This document shows, in pieces, positions 60,924 to 64,000 of a stretch of 64,000 nt of DNA. Origin of the DNA: Eledone cirrhosa (Eukaryota); assembly GCA_964016885.1 (NCBI GenBank), contig OZ024758.1, positions 21,266,001 through 21,330,000 on the forward strand. Direction: 5' to 3'. A model generated the notes under the pieces. That model was not told the origin of the DNA, searched no databases, and worked only from the letters and a program-made list of their open reading frames with translations. Position numbers and translations under genes: made by a program. Positions within the stretch are counted from its first letter, which is position 1, and each line of letters opens with the position of its first letter.

Positions 60924-61021
60924 AACGAAGGAAGTGAGGTAAGGAACCATGTGCACCATAACGCACCAGAGTACTCGGTAATTTGGGTAGTAGAGTGGGT
61001 AATAGGAATGAACTTTCTCCT
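60924..61021 (-). mobile_element. Family A tail remnant in (TA)n
   Basis: aacgaaggaagtgaggtaaggaacc...gtagtagagtgggtaataggaa. Confidence 0.8.
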
Positions 61022-61042
61022 ATATATATATATATACTCACG

Positions 61043-61077
<35 letters not shown>

Positions 61078-61547
61078 GTGTATGTATATGCATATTCATT
61101 TATTTTGCTCTATGGGGTTGTACTTACTTTTACGTACACAAGTATTATCGAGTTCTCTCTGGATTTTGGTCTGTGTAATAATTATTACTACTATATCTGT
61201 ATAGGATGTGTATGAATGTGTGTGTGTGTGTGATAGGGGGTGTAGCTCCCTGTGGGCGTTTGTCGGTGGATGGATACATGCGCTTGCAATTACTTGTCTG
61301 TTGTAGTAAGTTTTATTTATTTGTTTTGTATATATTATGCTGGTTAGATGCCGCACATAACCTTTAGTATAGTGTATTGTTATCTGGATATTCAAACGTT
61401 AATTGAAGTGAAATTATATATATATATATGATGTAAATAGATATCAACATATGATATTTAGATAAAGTCTAATGCTGATATTGTATGCGTTATTGAATCT
61501 AATAGACTATTTCTTATTAGCCATTGAATTCACGTTGATTTATTAGG

Positions 61548-61571
61548 ACTTGACCAGTTGCTGTTATTTAC

Positions 61572-61633
<62 letters not shown>

Positions 61634-61689
61634 GTAAATAACAGCAACTGGTCAAGTTATATATATATATAACAGCAACTGGTCAAGTT
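61548..61689. repeat. Palindrome with ~28-bp perfect arms around (TA)n, plus an extra partial arm
   Basis: acttgaccagttgctgttatttacgatg / catcgtaaataacagcaactggtcaagt; taacagcaactggtcaagtt repeated at 61670-61689. Confidence 0.9.
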
Positions 61690-61929
61690 ATGTATATATA
61701 TATATATATATATATATACGTCTCAACTGACAATTTTCTATACAGTACCATTTATTATATTAAACCTGTTGGGATTTGAACCCTGGAATATCAGATAGAT
61801 AAAAGAATACACATTCAAGCAAAGCAGCATGCTAAAGCATAATGTATATTATTTTGAGATTTACGGCAATCAATACGTAATCCATAACAGATTTTTATAA
61901 TCGTAAGACATTCGATATAAAATGTTAGG

Positions 61930-62063
61930 TGAATTGGCAGTAACGGCAGAGGGTCAGACGTCATGCTTTCCAGCATAATTACATCCCTTTACGGTCTATC
62001 TAAAATGAAGTACCAGTAATGTACTGGGTAACTACTGGCCTTGTGCGAAAAGTAGAAACATTA
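61930..62063 (+). mobile_element. Internally deleted dominant SINE
   Basis: ttggcagtaacggcagagggtcagacg...aagtaccagtaatg...agtagaaaca. Confidence 0.8.
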
Positions 62064-62883
62064 ATAGCAGAACCACCACATAATTCCCAAGAGCAGATTT
62101 CTGATAGGGAGCAATTCTCAAACGTTCTAAAGCTATGTAGCGAACTATTCATTAATAAAGTCTTTTCCACATAGAAATGAAATACCTCATATCGATCTAT
62201 GATCACTTCAGATATTTAAAGTCACACATCATTTGTGCCATCAGACTTTTGCAATACCTTAACGTAAATCAACATACAAATATAACTTTCAAATATGTAA
62301 TATATACCCTTCTTATAAATGAAGATATATGTTATATACCCTTGTTAAATTTGCTACTCTTTGTAATGTTTATGATAACTATATTGTATATATTCCTACA
62401 AACCTTTTTTATGGCTAATCTACTATTATCACATAGAAAGGCACACACTGATGGAAAATCACCATACTCGCCAATTTACTTGGTGAGAAGGGTGATTTTG
62501 ACACGGTGCAGGACAAAAAACAAGACCTGATAAAGGGTGGAAGAATTCATAAGTATCAACGGCCAACTAAAAAATGGTTGGCAGTAGTTCCAGCTGCATG
62601 CATCGAAAGACTGGTGTAGTGGCTCTGAGAACAATGCGGCTTTGTAGATGATCAATGCAAATTGACAATGGAAAGGCGATCCCGCTCGAGTTAGAAGAGA
62701 ACTATTGACCTTCAGAAGAAGCAGCGACCTCTGACTGTATTCAGTAAACGAAACAAATATGAAGTACACCAAATCTAATGCTCCTAAGGGAAGCCCTGGT
62801 TTTTCTTATTTGCGAGTATAAACCCGGCCAGATTAGATTAGATGATTGAAAAGTAACTGTATATAAATATTTTAACACACACT

Positions 62884-63072
62884 GTGGATTGGCAGTATCG
62901 GTAGAGTGTCGGACACCATGCTTTGCAGCATAGAGTTACGGCCCTTTATGGTCTGAGTTCAAATCCCGCCGAGGTTAACTTTGCCTTTCATCCTTACGGG
63001 GTCGATAAAATAAAGTACCACTAATACACTGGGTAATTGCTGGCCTTGTGCCAAAAGTAGAAACAACTATTA
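62884..63072 (+). mobile_element. Dominant SINE
   Basis: gtggattggcagtatcggtagag...ccaaaagtagaaacaac. Confidence 0.92.
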
Positions 63073-64000
63073 TGGTATGAAATTACTAGTTTATATTGTT
63101 AAGTTTTCCTTGTTAAATGAAAACGATTCTCATACTAACTCTAAATCATTCACATAGAAAGGTATATTATGCAGATTCAGACTTTAACGCAACACAATGA
63201 AACTTAACAGGCAAGAATGTTAGTTCAGTGACCTATGTACAACTTTTCAGATATTTATTCTGGTAAATGTCACTCTATACAATCGTATAAAGTATGACAT
63301 TCCTAAACCAGAATATAATTATCTACGTTTCTTTTTTTTTATTGTTTGTTTCGTATTTTAGTTAAACTATTGAGTAGCTAGTTTTATAAATAAATTATTG
63401 CAAAATATCCATCTGTGACATAAAAGCTTTTCTTAACATTCTTGCAAAAACCACGTTATATATGCTATTTCCTCCCAATTTTGATTCTTATATGGAGCAT
63501 GCACCTCTTAGATGCATTTGGCATAAGCTTTCCAATTTTGCTACATATAGGATCAGCTATAGAAACACATTCCTAAAGGCTACAGCAAACATTCGAGGAA
63601 ATACAATTGAATTAAATAATGCTGTTGCTTTAATAGTTAGGTTACTCGTTACAAGGCAATAAACCGTTAGATTTATTGAAACTCCAAAAGACACCCGATA
63701 GAAATGTTTTACTGTTATGAAATCTTGACAAATACATACTACCGAATAAGTGGTTATTTTCTTCGAATTCGAACAGTATATTTGTAATTTGTTCAACATA
63801 TTTCTTCACCGATTTACTACTTACATTTGCTAATGGCATCCGATAAAGACAACTGTAATATAACAAGTATATATATGAGATAAAGTCACAGATATTTCTC
63901 ACTTTGGTCACGTATGTAAATATGTGTCATGTCCCTTGATGTAAGCGAATCGATTTTTTGTTAACAAAGAGAAAGTATTTCTATTAGTTGATTTTACTCA

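Noticed and set aside
62400-62810. GC-richer segment possibly from a PLE 3' end or an exon
   Set aside because: No recognisable intact motif or open frame

Overview
AT-rich, repeat-saturated animal genomic DNA. The dominant tRNA-derived SINE and the multi-kb (TA)n arrays resemble octopod cephalopod genomes (recognition from memory, not a search). No host protein-coding exon could be supported; almost all listed ORFs are microsatellite artefacts. Real coding remnants are all retroelements: an uninterrupted, 5'-truncated Penelope-like element (RT C-terminal half plus GIY-YIG, 24.7-25.9 kb), a decayed R4/Dong-type RLE LINE (30.1-31.8 kb), and RTE and CR1-type fragments. The most notable hidden signal is a set of short non-coding elements, mostly sitting in or beside (TA)n tracts, that carry type I hammerhead ribozyme (HHR) folds of at least five unrelated sequence families. 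Many occur as fold-back palindromes whose arms share copy-specific mutations. These look like Penelope pseudo-LTR remnants or non-autonomous ribozyme retroelements that target TA microsatellites. Also notable are a 362-bp palindrome of host DNA abutting a 5'-inverted RTE LINE, and SINE insertions with 17-21 bp target duplications that mostly start with ATTAT.
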